DNA of 64,000 nucleotides from Candidatus Liptonbacteria bacterium (GTDB lineage: Bacteria; Patescibacteriota; Minisyncoccia; UBA6257; 2-01-FULL-56-20). Each line of letters opens with the position of its first letter. The stretch's first letter is position 1. The stretch is from positions 83,630 through 147,629 of the forward strand of contig JAHFLL010000001.1 of assembly GCA_023244895.1 (NCBI GenBank), read 5' to 3'. Below, piece after piece: positions 1 to 9,601 of the stretch. Made by a program: the position numbers and the translations under genes. The notes beneath the pieces were generated by a model. It had not been told where the DNA came from and searched no databases. It saw nothing but the letters and a program-made list of their open reading frames with translations.

Positions 1-115
1 AGGCTAATCGCAAACAGGAGCAGGTTGTCGTTAGTAGGATTGCTGAATTTCTGAAATAATTAGTCGGTGGAGTTGTACTACATTAATAGAGTTTTCGTCG
101 TATAAAATAAAAACA

Positions 116-541
116 ATGAAAAAAATTATTATCGGAGCGGTGGTGGTAGTGATTTTGGCAATTGGCGCGTACGCGTATTTTCAAAAGCAGAGCAACAACA
201 ATAATCCGGTCAGCGTCCCCGGGAATGGGCCGGGCGTGGAAGTAGGTAGCGCCCCAATTCCCGGAATAGCAGACGGTTCGGTGCCAGGTAAGCCGACTCA
301 GACGGATACATATACTTTGTCGGAAGTGGCAGCTCATGCCACTAAGTCTGATTGTTATACCGCGATACGCGGTTCAGTCTATAATCTGACCTCTTGGATA
401 AGCCAGCATCCGGGCGGAGCGAAGGCGATTGAGGGGTTGTGTGGGAAGGATGGAACGGATGCTTTTGTAAAACAGCACGGCGGGAAGAGTAAGCCGGAAG
501 AGACTTTGGCTGGGTTCAAGGTGGGGAAGATGGTGCAATAA
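116..541 (+). CDS. cytochrome b5-like heme-binding domain protein with N-terminal membrane anchor
   Basis: N-terminal hydrophobic helix, low-complexity linker, then cyt-b5 HPGG motif (ISQHPGGAKAIEGLCGKDGTDAF); A-rich start context with no SD. Confidence 0.6.
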   Translation: MKKIIIGAVVVVILAIGAYAYFQKQSNNNNPVSVPGNGPGVEVGSAPIPGIADGSVPGKPTQTDTYTLSEVAAHATKSDCYTAIRGSVYNLTSWISQHPGGAKAIEGLCGKDGTDAFVKQHGGKSKPEETLAGFKVGKMVQ

Positions 542-542
542 A

Positions 543-584
543 TAGAAGTTAGAAGGTAGAATCTAGAAGATGGTAGAGTGGAAA
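543..584 (+). repeat. heptad stop-codon array (TAGAAGT TAGAAGG TAGAATC TAGAAGA ...) directly after the stop codon
   Basis: TAG every 7 nt, four in phase, so stops rotate through all three frames; purine-rich units. Confidence 0.7.
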
Positions 585-596
585 AAGAAATTTAAG

Positions 597-627
597 AATG
601 GCCCCGCCCGGGGCCATTCTTATTATT
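597..627 (+). terminator. intrinsic terminator (AATGGCCCCG ccc GGGGCCATT then T-rich tail)
   Basis: perfect GC-rich inverted repeat followed by CTTATTATT. Confidence 0.6.
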
Positions 628-1086
628 GCGCACTATCTGATAGGGTACGGGACTTGCCCCGTATCAATATTCATATTGGTACGGGGTTTATCCACAGGGT
701 GGGATGTTGTATGTCAATAAAAGAGTTATAATTGGGTCAGACCTTCGTCATCAAGCCAGGATGATGGGTGAAAATGCCCCAGCTTCGCAGCTCCGCTCAC
801 TTAGGCTGCAAGGGCATAACGCCCACCGTATTGAGGGCATCTTCATTCGTCCTTCTGGCTCTACATAGGGTAGTCAGCGTCCAACCGACTGCCCCCATCT
901 TCGAGTCCGAAGGCCATGCACATGCATGGCCTTCACTCATTTTGATAATTATCCCCAGGGAGTTGTTGCGCGATAAACATTTTTAATTAAAATAATAAAT
1001 AGCCCTGCGGTAGTTTCGCCAGCTCCTATGCGAATGCTCGTCGCAGAGAGTTGGTAGAACCGTCAGGTACGTGGAGGATCAGGACC

Positions 1087-1170
1087 ATGCGTGCATTCAA
1101 GGTCGTCGCGAACACCGAATCCCCGCCGAACTTCCTGCTGAACCTCCTGAAGGACCAGAACGTCCGCTAG
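1087..1170 (+). CDS. possible 27-aa peptide (MRAFKVVANTESPPNFLLNLLKDQNVR) in a high-GC patch
   Basis: GGAGG SD 8 nt upstream of the ATG; high-GC island leaves several frames open, so the call is weak. Confidence 0.2.
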   Translation: MRAFKVVANTESPPNFLLNLLKDQNVR

Positions 1171-1370
1171 CGCCACCAGCATCGCGCGAAGGACAGGCCA
1201 CCGTGCTTGGGTGTCGATTGCCGACAGCCCAAAGATCAACTTGGAGGGGGAGGGCAGAGCTCTCCCCCGCATCACTTTGAGCCCTGGAAATGGGTCTTTT
1301 TTTATGCTAAAATTAGTGGCGTAAATAATGAGATAGGGCGAATTAACCCTAATTTTTTTCTTGTAAAAAT

Positions 1371-3407
1371 ATGGCCAAAAAAGAAGATAAGCCCAAAAAA
1401 GAAGCAGGATATACCGCTAAAGACATATACGTTCTGGAAGGCTTAGAGCCGGTCCGCAAGCGTCCGGGCATGTACATCGGTTCTACCGGTCCGGATGGAC
1501 TTCACCACCTGGTTTGGGAGGTGGTAGATAACTGTATTGACGAGGCGATGGGCGGGTATGCCAAAAACATTTCAGTGGAGTTAAACGCGGATGGTTCAGT
1601 AAGCGTGGTAGACGACGGACGCGGTATTCCGGTAGAGACCCATCATCAAACTAAGAAATCCGCGCTAGAAACAGTTCTTACTACGCTCCACGCGGGCGGT
1701 AAGTTTGGCGGAGATTCATATAAGGTATCGGGTGGATTGCACGGCGTAGGAGTTTCGGTTGTCAACGCATTATCGGAATGGTTGAGAGTGGAAGTCCGCC
1801 GCGACGGCGGTCTCTTTATGCAGGAATATAAACGAGGTGTACCGAAAGCCAAGGTTAAAAAAATAGCTTCGTCCAAATTAACTGGCACAACGGTAACCTT
1901 CTTGCCGGACAAGGAAATATTCGCCACCCTAGACTTGAGTCTGACTCGCATCTTGGAGCACTTGCGTCAGCAGGCGTATCTTACCAAGGGCGTGAGACTG
2001 AATATCGTGGACCGGCGAAATGAAACCCCGGACTATTACGGATTTTATTTTGAGGGGGGCGTGAAGTCCTTCGTGAAATATTTGGCGCGGGACGAAAAGC
2101 TTCTACAAGAAGAAATATTTTACGTTCAAAAAGAATACGAGAATATGGAGGTGGAGACGGCCTTCATATATGTAAACGATCTGGAAACACGCGAGTTAAG
2201 TTTTGCTAACAACATCTACACTCCGGACGGAGGCATGCACATTACCGGGTTCCGGTCGGCTCTGACACGTTCCGTTAACAACTATGCTCGGGCAGAGGGG
2301 TATCTAAAAGAAAAGGACGACAACCTGACCGCGGATGACGCGCGGGAGGGCATGGTAGCGGTTATCTCCATTAAACTTCCCGAGCCCCAGTTTGAGGGTC
2401 AGACCAAGGCGCGCCTAGGAACTCCGGGCGCGAGGACCGCGACCGAGAGCGTAGTTAACGAAGCTATCAAGGAGTTTATGGAGAAGCACCCTCAAGAGGC
2501 GCGACGGGTGGTAGAGAAGGTTATTTTAGCAGCCAAGGCACGTCTAGCAGCCAAGGCAGCCAAGGACACGGTTCTGCGCAAGGGAGCGTTAGAGGGTCTG
2601 ACTCTGCCGGGCAAATTGGCGGACTGCAGTTCCAAACAAGCGTCAGAATCCGAAATCTTCATCGTGGAGGGAGACTCTGCCGGTGGCTCGGCAAAAGCCG
2701 GACGCGATCGCAGAACGCAGGCCATCTTGCCGGTTAAGGGAAAAATTTTAAACGTGGAGAAGGCGCGTTTGGACAAAATGCTCGCGAATGTGGAAATACG
2801 TTCGCTAGTGGTGGCGCTCGGCACCGCTATTTCGGACAGCTTTGATATCACCAAGTTGCGTTATCATAAAATTATACTTATGAGCGATGCGGACGTAGAC
2901 GGCGCGCATATCCGCACCCTATTTTTGACGCTCTTCTATCGTTACTTCCCGCAGATAATTGAGGGGGGATATCTTTATATCGCGCAACCGCCTCTCTTCC
3001 GCTTGCAGAGGGGTAAGGACATTAGATACGCGTATGACGAAAAGGAAAAAGAAAAGGAATTGGCGGATATGAAAGTAGTTAAGTCTGGTGGGGGCAAGTC
3101 AGACAAAAAGGCATCCGCCTTACCAGAGGAGGAATTGGCCGAAGGAGAGTCGGCCGTAATAGCGAGCGAAGGAGGGGAGAAGGTTGGCGGAGTGAGCATC
3201 GCGCGCTACAAAGGTTTGGGAGAAATGAATCCGGACCAGCTCTGGGAGACCACCATGAACCCCGAAAAACGCATTTTAAAGCAGGTGCAAGTGGACGATG
3301 CGGTCAAGGCAGATAAGCTCTTTAATGTTCTAATGGGCGACGAGGTGGAGCCCAGGAAACAGTTCATTCAAGCCCATGCGGCGCACGTTCAAAATCTGGA
3401 TGTCTAA
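1371..3407 (+). CDS. gyrB: DNA gyrase subunit B
   Basis: GHKL ATPase and TOPRIM motifs (GLHHLVWEVVDNCIDEA, EGDSAGGSAK, PLRGKILNVEKAR-like); 678 aa. Confidence 0.9.
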   Translation: MAKKEDKPKKEAGYTAKDIYVLEGLEPVRKRPGMYIGSTGPDGLHHLVWEVVDNCIDEAMGGYAKNISVELNADGSVSVVDDGRGIPVETHHQTKKSALETVLTTLHAGGKFGGDSYKVSGGLHGVGVSVVNALSEWLRVEVRRDGGLFMQEYKRGVPKAKVKKIASSKLTGTTVTFLPDKEIFATLDLSLTRILEHLRQQAYLTKGVRLNIVDRRNETPDYYGFYFEGGVKSFVKYLARDEKLLQEEIFYVQKEYENMEVETAFIYVNDLETRELSFANNIYTPDGGMHITGFRSALTRSVNNYARAEGYLKEKDDNLTADDAREGMVAVISIKLPEPQFEGQTKARLGTPGARTATESVVNEAIKEFMEKHPQEARRVVEKVILAAKARLAAKAAKDTVLRKGALEGLTLPGKLADCSSKQASESEIFIVEGDSAGGSAKAGRDRRTQAILPVKGKILNVEKARLDKMLANVEIRSLVVALGTAISDSFDITKLRYHKIILMSDADVDGAHIRTLFLTLFYRYFPQIIEGGYLYIAQPPLFRLQRGKDIRYAYDEKEKEKELADMKVVKSGGGKSDKKASALPEEELAEGESAVIASEGGEKVGGVSIARYKGLGEMNPDQLWETTMNPEKRILKQVQVDDAVKADKLFNVLMGDEVEPRKQFIQAHAAHVQNLDV

Positions 3408-3410
3408 GAG

Positions 3411-3500
3411 GGGTTGACCCCCACACCAAACAAGCCATTTTCTTATATTTAAGAAGGGTGGATTTTATGGCTTATTTGGTGTGGGGGTTGATTTTATTTA
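3411..3500 (+). terminator. long imperfect inverted repeat (GTTGACCCCCACACCAAA ... TTTGGTGTGGGGGTTGAT) plus T-rich tail after gyrB
   Basis: about 18-bp arms separated by about 45 nt, with a nested AAGCCAT/ATGGCTT repeat; followed by TTTTATTT. Confidence 0.5.
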
Positions 3501-3589
3501 GAAATACTGGCAGAATAGGAGCACAGGTTGATTAGAGATAGGCGGATAGCCTATTATTTTGTTGGTATCAGTGCAATTTCTAAACATAA

Positions 3590-3781
3590 ATGAATAAAAT
3601 AACGGGGAGAATAAAGATGTTTCTACTGGAGGCGCGCCAGGAGTTTAAGCACGTAAACTGGCCAACCCGGCAGGAAGCCACTCATTTAACTCTTATAGTC
3701 ATCGGCATCTCTCTGGGAGTTGCAGTGTTTATGGCCTTTTTTGACTACCTCTTTTCCTACGGCTTAAAAGCCATTATTTAA
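3590..3781 (+). CDS. secE: preprotein translocase subunit SecE (true start likely at 3617, MFLLEARQ...)
   Basis: small single-TM protein directly upstream of nusG; conserved secE-nusG-rplK order. Confidence 0.7.
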   Translation: MNKITGRIKMFLLEARQEFKHVNWPTRQEATHLTLIVIGISLGVAVFMAFFDYLFSYGLKAII

Positions 3782-3791
3782 ATAAAATAAA

Positions 3792-4352
3792 ATGATTAAA
3801 GGAACGCAGCGCAAAGAACTAACCGGTGCTCGATGCTGGTATGCGATTCATACCTATTCCGGCTACGAAGAAGCGGTGGCCCGTTATCTGAAGCAACGCG
3901 TGGAGTCCTTGTCCATGGAGGACAAGATTTTTAATGTTATCGTTCCCAAGGAAAAGAAGATAAAAGTTAAAAGCGGACGGCGCACGACCATTGAGGAGAA
4001 AATTTATCCGGGATACGTTTTAGTGGATATGATTTTAGCGGAAGACTCCTGGTACGTAGTCAGGAACACTCCGCGCGTGACAGGCTTCGTAGGCGCCGAC
4101 AATACCACGCCCACGCCATTATCCAAAGAAGAAATAGATTCTCTTTTGAGCCGCATGGGCAGAGATGAAACCAAGTTTAATGTGGACTTGCGCGCGGGAG
4201 ATCTGGTTAAGATAGTGGACGGTCCGTTCAAGGACTATGACGGTAAAATCGCGGAAGTGGACGAGGAGAAGGGCAGAGTTAAGGTTATGGTACCCGTTTT
4301 CGGTCGAGACACGGCGGTGGATCTGGACTCCTTGCAGGTTAAGAAAATCTAG
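3792..4352 (+). CDS. nusG: transcription termination/antitermination factor NusG
   Basis: NGN domain plus C-terminal KOW motif (GDLVKIVDGPFKDYDGKIAEVD). Confidence 0.9.
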   Translation: MIKGTQRKELTGARCWYAIHTYSGYEEAVARYLKQRVESLSMEDKIFNVIVPKEKKIKVKSGRRTTIEEKIYPGYVLVDMILAEDSWYVVRNTPRVTGFVGADNTTPTPLSKEEIDSLLSRMGRDETKFNVDLRAGDLVKIVDGPFKDYDGKIAEVDEEKGRVKVMVPVFGRDTAVDLDSLQVKKI

Positions 4353-4451
4353 TAGCGACCCGAATACCACAAATTACACACGAATTATCCGAATCCTTGC
4401 ATTTTAGCCTTATAGAGATTAGTATTTGGGTCATTCGGGTAAATTCGTAGA

Positions 4452-4889
4452 TTGGGATTAAATAATATGGCAAAAGAAATCAAAACAGTATTAAAAATTC
4501 AGTTAAACGCGGGCAAAGCTAATCCGGCTCCTCCGGTTGGCACCGCACTCGGTCCGCATGGCGTGAATATCGCCGACTTTTGCAAGCAATTCAACGATGC
4601 TACCAAGGACATGATAGGGGATGTGGTCCCGGCGGAAATCACGATTTATGCCGACCGCAGTTTCACCTTCAAGCTCAAGACCCCGCCCGTTTCCGCGCTC
4701 CTAAAGCAGATGGCCAAAGTTGATAAGGGCGCGGCCAATCCCTTAAAGGCCAAGGTTGGTAAAGTTTCTAAGGCTCAGGTTAAGGAGATTGCGGAGAGAA
4801 AGATGATTGATCTCAATACGGAGGACATAGAAGCGGCCATGAGAATAGTGGAGGGGACCGCTAGAAGTATGGGAATTACCGTGGAGTAG
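4452..4889 (+). CDS. rplK: 50S ribosomal protein L11
   Basis: [35 protein letters not shown] is the L11 signature. Confidence 0.95.
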   Translation: MGLNNMAKEIKTVLKIQLNAGKANPAPPVGTALGPHGVNIADFCKQFNDATKDMIGDVVPAEITIYADRSFTFKLKTPPVSALLKQMAKVDKGAANPLKAKVGKVSKAQVKEIAERKMIDLNTEDIEAAMRIVEGTARSMGITVE

Positions 4890-4913
4890 CACTCAGGAAT
4901 TGCAACTAAGATA

Positions 4914-4942
4914 ACCAAAAACCGCCCTGGGGCGGTTTTTGG
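4914..4942. terminator. bidirectional intrinsic terminator AAAAACCGCCC tgg GGCGGTTTTT
   Basis: perfect hairpin flanked by A-run and T-run; serves rplK (+) and the convergent small ORF (-). Confidence 0.75.
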
Positions 4943-4967
4943 ATTAATGGCGTTCTTGTCTGCTAGC

Positions 4968-5204
4968 TTAATCCGGCCAGCGATCTAGCATTTCTGATAA
5001 GTCGCCTAGCGCTATTCTGGCGTTCTTTTTCCCATCCGGAGAACCGTTCTCCAATGCTCCAAGAGCGAGGCTTAGTCGAGCTTGAATATGGGGTAGCTCT
5101 GCTTTCATGGCGTCTCGTAACTCTTCTGGGGTTGGGCCTGGCGCGGTTTGTTGCAGGACCTCAGGATTGTCGGGTCCGGATGGCGGCATTTCTTTTCCGG
5201 TCAT
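4968..5204 (-). CDS. hypothetical small acidic protein (78 aa)
   Basis: convergent with rplK and shares its bidirectional terminator; moderately GC-rich; no SD; no recognisable domain. Confidence 0.4.
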   Translation of the reverse strand: MTGKEMPPSGPDNPEVLQQTAPGPTPEELRDAMKAELPHIQARLSLALGALENGSPDGKKNARIALGDLSEMLDRWPD

Positions 5205-5327
5205 TATTCTTTCTTTTGCTTTTTTAGTAGGGAGACCTTTTATTTATTCCTAATATACCAAATACCGTAAAAAACAGCGAGCTTGCGTTTTTTATGAACT
5301 GGACCCTCCATGTTAGAATAACTCCCA

Positions 5328-6011
5328 ATGAAGAAGGGTAGATTTATCGTAATAGACGGTACGGACGGTTCCGGCAAGGCGACCCAGCTCAAAGAGCTGG
5401 CCAAGCATCTGCATCGGGCAGGGCAGAGAGTAAAAACTTTTGACTTCCCGCAATACGGCAAAGAGTCGTCCTATTTCGTGCGACAATATCTGAATGGTAA
5501 ATATGGAAATTCCGAAGAAGTTGGTCCGTATCGCGCATCTATTTTTTACGCTATGGACAGATTTGACGTGGGCGAGCAAATAAAGAATTGGCTCAGCAAG
5601 GGATACTGCGTAATTTCTAATCGTTATGTTTCCGCGAATATGGGCCATCAGGGCGGGAAGATAAAAAGTATTTCGGCGCAGAGAAAATATTTTCGCTGGC
5701 TGTATGATTTCGAATACGGTCTTTTGGAAATACCCAAGCCCGACCTAACGGTAATTTTGCATGTTACACCGGAGGTCTCCCAGATGTTAGTGGATAAGAA
5801 AGGCAATCGTGCTTATATAGGTGGAACCAAGCGCGATATTCACGAAGCGGACTTGGGTCATCTAAAAGGCGCGGAGCAAACCTATTTACGTATCGGAAAG
5901 ACATTCCCTAAGGATTTCAAGATAGTGGAGTGTATAAAGTCCGGTAAATTACTCAGTATTCCTGAGGTGGCGCTTAAAGTTTGGCAAACCGTCCAACCTG
6001 TGCTGAAATAG
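5328..6011 (+). CDS. tmk: thymidylate kinase
   Basis: P-loop FIVIDGTDGSGKATQ and dTMP-kinase lid region. Confidence 0.85.
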   Translation: MKKGRFIVIDGTDGSGKATQLKELAKHLHRAGQRVKTFDFPQYGKESSYFVRQYLNGKYGNSEEVGPYRASIFYAMDRFDVGEQIKNWLSKGYCVISNRYVSANMGHQGGKIKSISAQRKYFRWLYDFEYGLLEIPKPDLTVILHVTPEVSQMLVDKKGNRAYIGGTKRDIHEADLGHLKGAEQTYLRIGKTFPKDFKIVECIKSGKLLSIPEVALKVWQTVQPVLK

Positions 6012-6015
6012 GAAT

Positions 6016-6471
6016 ATGACAGGCATTCCCAAAAGAGTAGGAGCTGGTTGTGGAGTGGTATTGTTGCGAGACGGCAAAGTGCTTCTGGGCCACCGGCATG
6101 AGGATCCGGAAAAAGCTCAGAGCGCGCTCCACGGCGAAGGAACTTGGTCTATTCCCGGAGGAAAGTTCGATTTTGGAGATACTTTAGGAGGTGGGGCCGT
6201 GAGGGAAGTTGCAGAAGAAACCGGTATAGAGATTAGCACTAAAGATCTGAAGGTGGTCAGCATTTCCAGCGAGCGGGTGCCGGATGCGCACTTTATTACC
6301 CTAGGATTTGTATGCGAGAATTTTAAGGGTGAGCCGAAAATAATGGAACCGGAGGAAATAACGGAGTGGCGCTGGTTCGATATTCATGATTTGCCTGAGC
6401 CGATGTTTTTTCCGGCAAAAAAAGTAATCAATAATTATCTCTCTGGCAAGATGTATAATTTAGACGAATAA
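6016..6471 (+). CDS. NUDIX hydrolase
   Basis: Nudix box GGKFDFGDTLGGGAVREVAEETGIE. Confidence 0.8.
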   Translation: MTGIPKRVGAGCGVVLLRDGKVLLGHRHEDPEKAQSALHGEGTWSIPGGKFDFGDTLGGGAVREVAEETGIEISTKDLKVVSISSERVPDAHFITLGFVCENFKGEPKIMEPEEITEWRWFDIHDLPEPMFFPAKKVINNYLSGKMYNLDE

Positions 6472-6472
6472 T

Positions 6473-7915
6473 ATGAAATACCAACCCACAATCGGATTAG
6501 AAATCCACTGCATCTTGCGAACACAGACCAAGATGTTTTGCGACTGCCCCAACGAGCCGGAGGAAAAGGAGCCCAACCGCAACACCTGCCCAGTTTGTCT
6601 GGGCCATCCCGGTACCTTGCCTACTATAAATCGCAAAGCGGTAGAGTCCGTTATCCGGGTGGGTCTGGCGCTTCAGGGTAAGATAAATCCGATTTGTAAG
6701 TTTGACCGTAAGAATTATTTTTATCCCGATTTGCCGAAGGGTTATCAAATTTCCCAATACGATCAGCCGCTAGTTCTGGGCGGCGAGCTGAATGGTATCC
6801 GCTTGCGCAGAATACATTTAGAAGAAGATGCGGCCAGGCTGCTGCATGAGATCTCCGGCCAAACCAAAAAGGGCGAGGCGAGTTTTGTGGATTTTAACCG
6901 CGCGAGCGTGCCCTTGATGGAGCTTGTGACTGAACCGGATTTAAGGAGCGCGGAAGAGACGGTAGAATTCGCGCGTGAGCTCCAAAGGATTTTGCGATAT
7001 TTGAAAGTATCGGACGCGGACATGGAGAAGGGGCATTTGCGCATTGAGGCAAATGTTAGTTTGAATATGGGTCCTAAGGTTGAGCTTAAAAATATTAACT
7101 CCTTTAAGGCGGTCGGTTCCGCGATTGCGTATGAACTGAAGAGGCAGGAGGAAGTTCTGGAGGGTGGAGGAACGGTCGCGCATGAGACACGCGGTTGGGA
7201 CGAAGTGAACCAGAAGAGCGTAAGTCAGCGTAGCAAGGAAGAAGCACAAGACTACCGTTATTTCCCGGAGCCGGATTTACCGCCATTTGAGACGGAGATT
7301 TTCAGCCCGGAAGAACTTCGTGGAGCCTTGCCGGAGTTGCCAGCCATGAAGCGTACCCGTTTCGCAAAAGAGTTCGGTTTGAGTCCCGACCAGGTCGCGC
7401 TCTTGGTGGACGACTTGGAACTATCGGAATATTTTGAAGAATGTTTAAGCGAGCTTGCCACGCGGGATGAATCAGCCTCGTCTACGGTTGAAAAGAGCAG
7501 TACCGTTTTACTCTTTAATTATTTAACTAGCGACCTGGCTGGCCTCTTGGCGGAAGGGGGCATAACTATCCGCAAATCCAAAGTCAAACCGGAACACCTG
7601 GCTCACTTAGTGGATTTAATCGTGGATGGAAAAATAATGAGCCGCCAAGCTAAAGATATTTTGAAGAAAGTTTTTGAAACCGGCACTGACCCGGAAGACG
7701 TTATGAAAGACGAGGGACTGGAGACCGTTTCGGATAACTCCGAGCTGGAAAAAGCGATTAAAGAAGTTATATATGAAAACCCGAAAGCGGTGGAAGATTT
7801 GCGCGCGGGCAAGGAGGCAAGCATGCAGTTCTTGATAGGAAAGTGTATGGGTAAGCTTCGCGGGCGGGGCAATCCGGCGACCATAAAAGAAGTTATAAGC
7901 AAAATTATTAAATAA
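6473..7915 (+). CDS. gatB: Asp/Glu-tRNA amidotransferase subunit B
   Basis: N-terminal GLEIHCIL...KMFCDCPN and a GatB/YqeY C-terminal domain. Confidence 0.9.
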   Translation: MKYQPTIGLEIHCILRTQTKMFCDCPNEPEEKEPNRNTCPVCLGHPGTLPTINRKAVESVIRVGLALQGKINPICKFDRKNYFYPDLPKGYQISQYDQPLVLGGELNGIRLRRIHLEEDAARLLHEISGQTKKGEASFVDFNRASVPLMELVTEPDLRSAEETVEFARELQRILRYLKVSDADMEKGHLRIEANVSLNMGPKVELKNINSFKAVGSAIAYELKRQEEVLEGGGTVAHETRGWDEVNQKSVSQRSKEEAQDYRYFPEPDLPPFETEIFSPEELRGALPELPAMKRTRFAKEFGLSPDQVALLVDDLELSEYFEECLSELATRDESASSTVEKSSTVLLFNYLTSDLAGLLAEGGITIRKSKVKPEHLAHLVDLIVDGKIMSRQAKDILKKVFETGTDPEDVMKDEGLETVSDNSELEKAIKEVIYENPKAVEDLRAGKEASMQFLIGKCMGKLRGRGNPATIKEVISKIIK

Positions 7916-9159
7916 TGAGCCCAGAAACTCCACCCCTCCCAGACGATCCGCCCAAGGACGCCTCTATCCCCAGGCGAACCTCTAGGGAAAATCCGAAACA
8001 AGAAGAAATCGGGTTGGAACATCTAGCGGTGGGTCCAGGTCAAGAAGATTCTGCCAGGCAGTTGGAAGTTATTTCCGGTTTTCGTTTTCGGGATGAGCGA
8101 GACAGGCAACAATTCACGTCTTTTATGGAGTCGCTGGCTCAGGCCCTAGAGACGTATTTATCGCACAACAATGCGGAGCCGTTGGCCGGGATAGACGACA
8201 CTATTTTGCGCGCAGTTTTGCTGGCAGAACCAAACGAACCGGCTCAAAGGCAGAAAATTTCGATTGAAGAAGCATTCGTAAGAATCCAAAAAAATATTAC
8301 CGAATATCTAATAAGTCATCCCCGTCAGATTCAAATCAGTTCTGGAGTTATCTCAGACCAATTAATTCTGCGGATTAAGGGCATGGAATCTATGGTCAAT
8401 TTTTTACATTTGCGCTCCGCCGAGCCTCTACCCGAAGATTGTCGCCGTACTTTTTACACCCAAACCAGGCTGGATGCCAGATTCAGCGTTGACGTAATAG
8501 AAGTGATTGAGCAAAACCAAGGTGGTCAATTAGAGATTCCGGAACTGAATCTTATTCAGGTCAAATCATCCGAACCCACAGATAGGGGCGTGAGCGATAT
8601 CCAGAAGGACCATGACATAGTTTGGCGAGAACTTTGGGGAGATGTGGAAAACGCTAATCAGGCAGTCGCGGAGGCATTCAGGTTAAGTCCAGACCAACTG
8701 GGCAAAAGGGTGGAGGGGCTACTTTGGATCTGCGCCGAGCTTCAGGCCGGGGGCAGTCCCAAAAATTTCCTTGACTCATTGACCGCTGAAATAATAAATT
8801 CGGCCGAACAGTATGGTGTAAACCCAGACTATCTAAGGCAGGCTAGCCCAGCCTTGCGCGCCAAAAGAATCACTCCCATATTGAGGATGTTTTTGAAATC
8901 CTTGGGGGAGAGATTTGATAAAGCATTTGTAGTATTAGATCAGATGTCCAAGAAACCAGAGGGCGTTCCCCCGCAGCAACCGTTTTTTGTGCGCAATCCG
9001 GCAGTAGCAAGAATTAAGGATGTGAATTCTTTGGTTGTTGTTGGAGAGCGGAGCGGTTCGTATCACATAGCGGCGAAGGAAGTCATTACTTCTGGCCAGT
9101 CCGGTAAGGCGTTAGTTTTGCGGTCGCGTCGGATTGACCCGGGAAATAAAAAGAGGTAA
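7915..9159 (+). CDS. hypothetical soluble protein (414 aa), translationally coupled to gatB
   Basis: start overlaps the gatB stop (TAATG); backbone-like GC; no TM segment and no motif I can assign. Confidence 0.5.
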   Translation: MSPETPPLPDDPPKDASIPRRTSRENPKQEEIGLEHLAVGPGQEDSARQLEVISGFRFRDERDRQQFTSFMESLAQALETYLSHNNAEPLAGIDDTILRAVLLAEPNEPAQRQKISIEEAFVRIQKNITEYLISHPRQIQISSGVISDQLILRIKGMESMVNFLHLRSAEPLPEDCRRTFYTQTRLDARFSVDVIEVIEQNQGGQLEIPELNLIQVKSSEPTDRGVSDIQKDHDIVWRELWGDVENANQAVAEAFRLSPDQLGKRVEGLLWICAELQAGGSPKNFLDSLTAEIINSAEQYGVNPDYLRQASPALRAKRITPILRMFLKSLGERFDKAFVVLDQMSKKPEGVPPQQPFFVRNPAVARIKDVNSLVVVGERSGSYHIAAKEVITSGQSGKALVLRSRRIDPGNKKR

Positions 9160-9171
9160 AAAATAGAAAGC

Positions 9172-9453
9172 ATGAGCAAGGAGCATGCACCCATGGGGAA
9201 CAACCCGATCGACGTCTTGCTGCGTGAGCACGGCCTCGAACCGTTGCCTGGCGCTGGCAGAGAGGGGCTGTACGTGGCTCCGTTTGACGAGCACGCGTGG
9301 GAAGTCGCCACGGCGACATTCAAGAACGCCATCGGTAATGCGTCGGATCAGGCGGCCATCGCCGAGCTGATGGAACAGGCGATTCGGCTGTACGTGGAGC
9401 TCGTCGGACAGAACACGCGAGCGCCCGCCGAGGAGCCAAGACGATGCGCGTAG
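9172..9453 (+). CDS. hypothetical high-GC protein (93 aa)
   Basis: first ORF of a high-GC island; followed by a strong hairpin terminator; start codon uncertain. Confidence 0.35.
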   Translation: MSKEHAPMGNNPIDVLLREHGLEPLPGAGREGLYVAPFDEHAWEVATATFKNAIGNASDQAAIAELMEQAIRLYVELVGQNTRAPAEEPRRCA

Positions 9454-9461
9454 GCGCGTAA

Positions 9462-9503
9462 GTGGCCGCACCCTCCCGGGATGCGGCCACGATATTTAAT
9501 AAT
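9462..9503 (+). terminator. intrinsic terminator GTGGCCGCA(11-nt loop)TGCGGCCAC plus T-rich tail
   Basis: perfect 9-bp GC stem followed by GATATTTAATAAT. Confidence 0.55.
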
Positions 9504-9525
9504 CAATTAGGTTGGTATAGATTTT

Positions 9526-9566
9526 ATGCAAAAAGTTACCCCCGGCGCACAGCGTGGCGCCAGGGG
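9526..9566 (-). terminator. intrinsic terminator for the PhoH-like gene (minus-strand CCCCTGGCGCC...GGCGCCGGGGG then TTTTTG)
   Basis: GC hairpin followed on the minus strand by TAACTTTTTGCAT. Confidence 0.6.
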
Positions 9567-9601
9567 TAGGGGACTTATGGACTCTCTCGTAGCGAGGACG
9601 G

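Noticed and set aside
640-1060. Possible tmRNA, RNase P RNA or SRP RNA in the structured region upstream of gyrB
   Set aside because: I searched for conserved cores (tmRNA tRNA-like end, RNase P P4 AGGAAAGUCC, SRP domain IV) and found none. Only local hairpins and a palindrome are present.
4353-4451. nusG-rplK spacer long-range complementarity (GACCCGAATA ... CATTCGGGT) as an L11/L1 autoregulatory leader
   Set aside because: The pairing is short and I cannot match it to the known L10/L1 leader structures from sequence alone. It is left unannotated.
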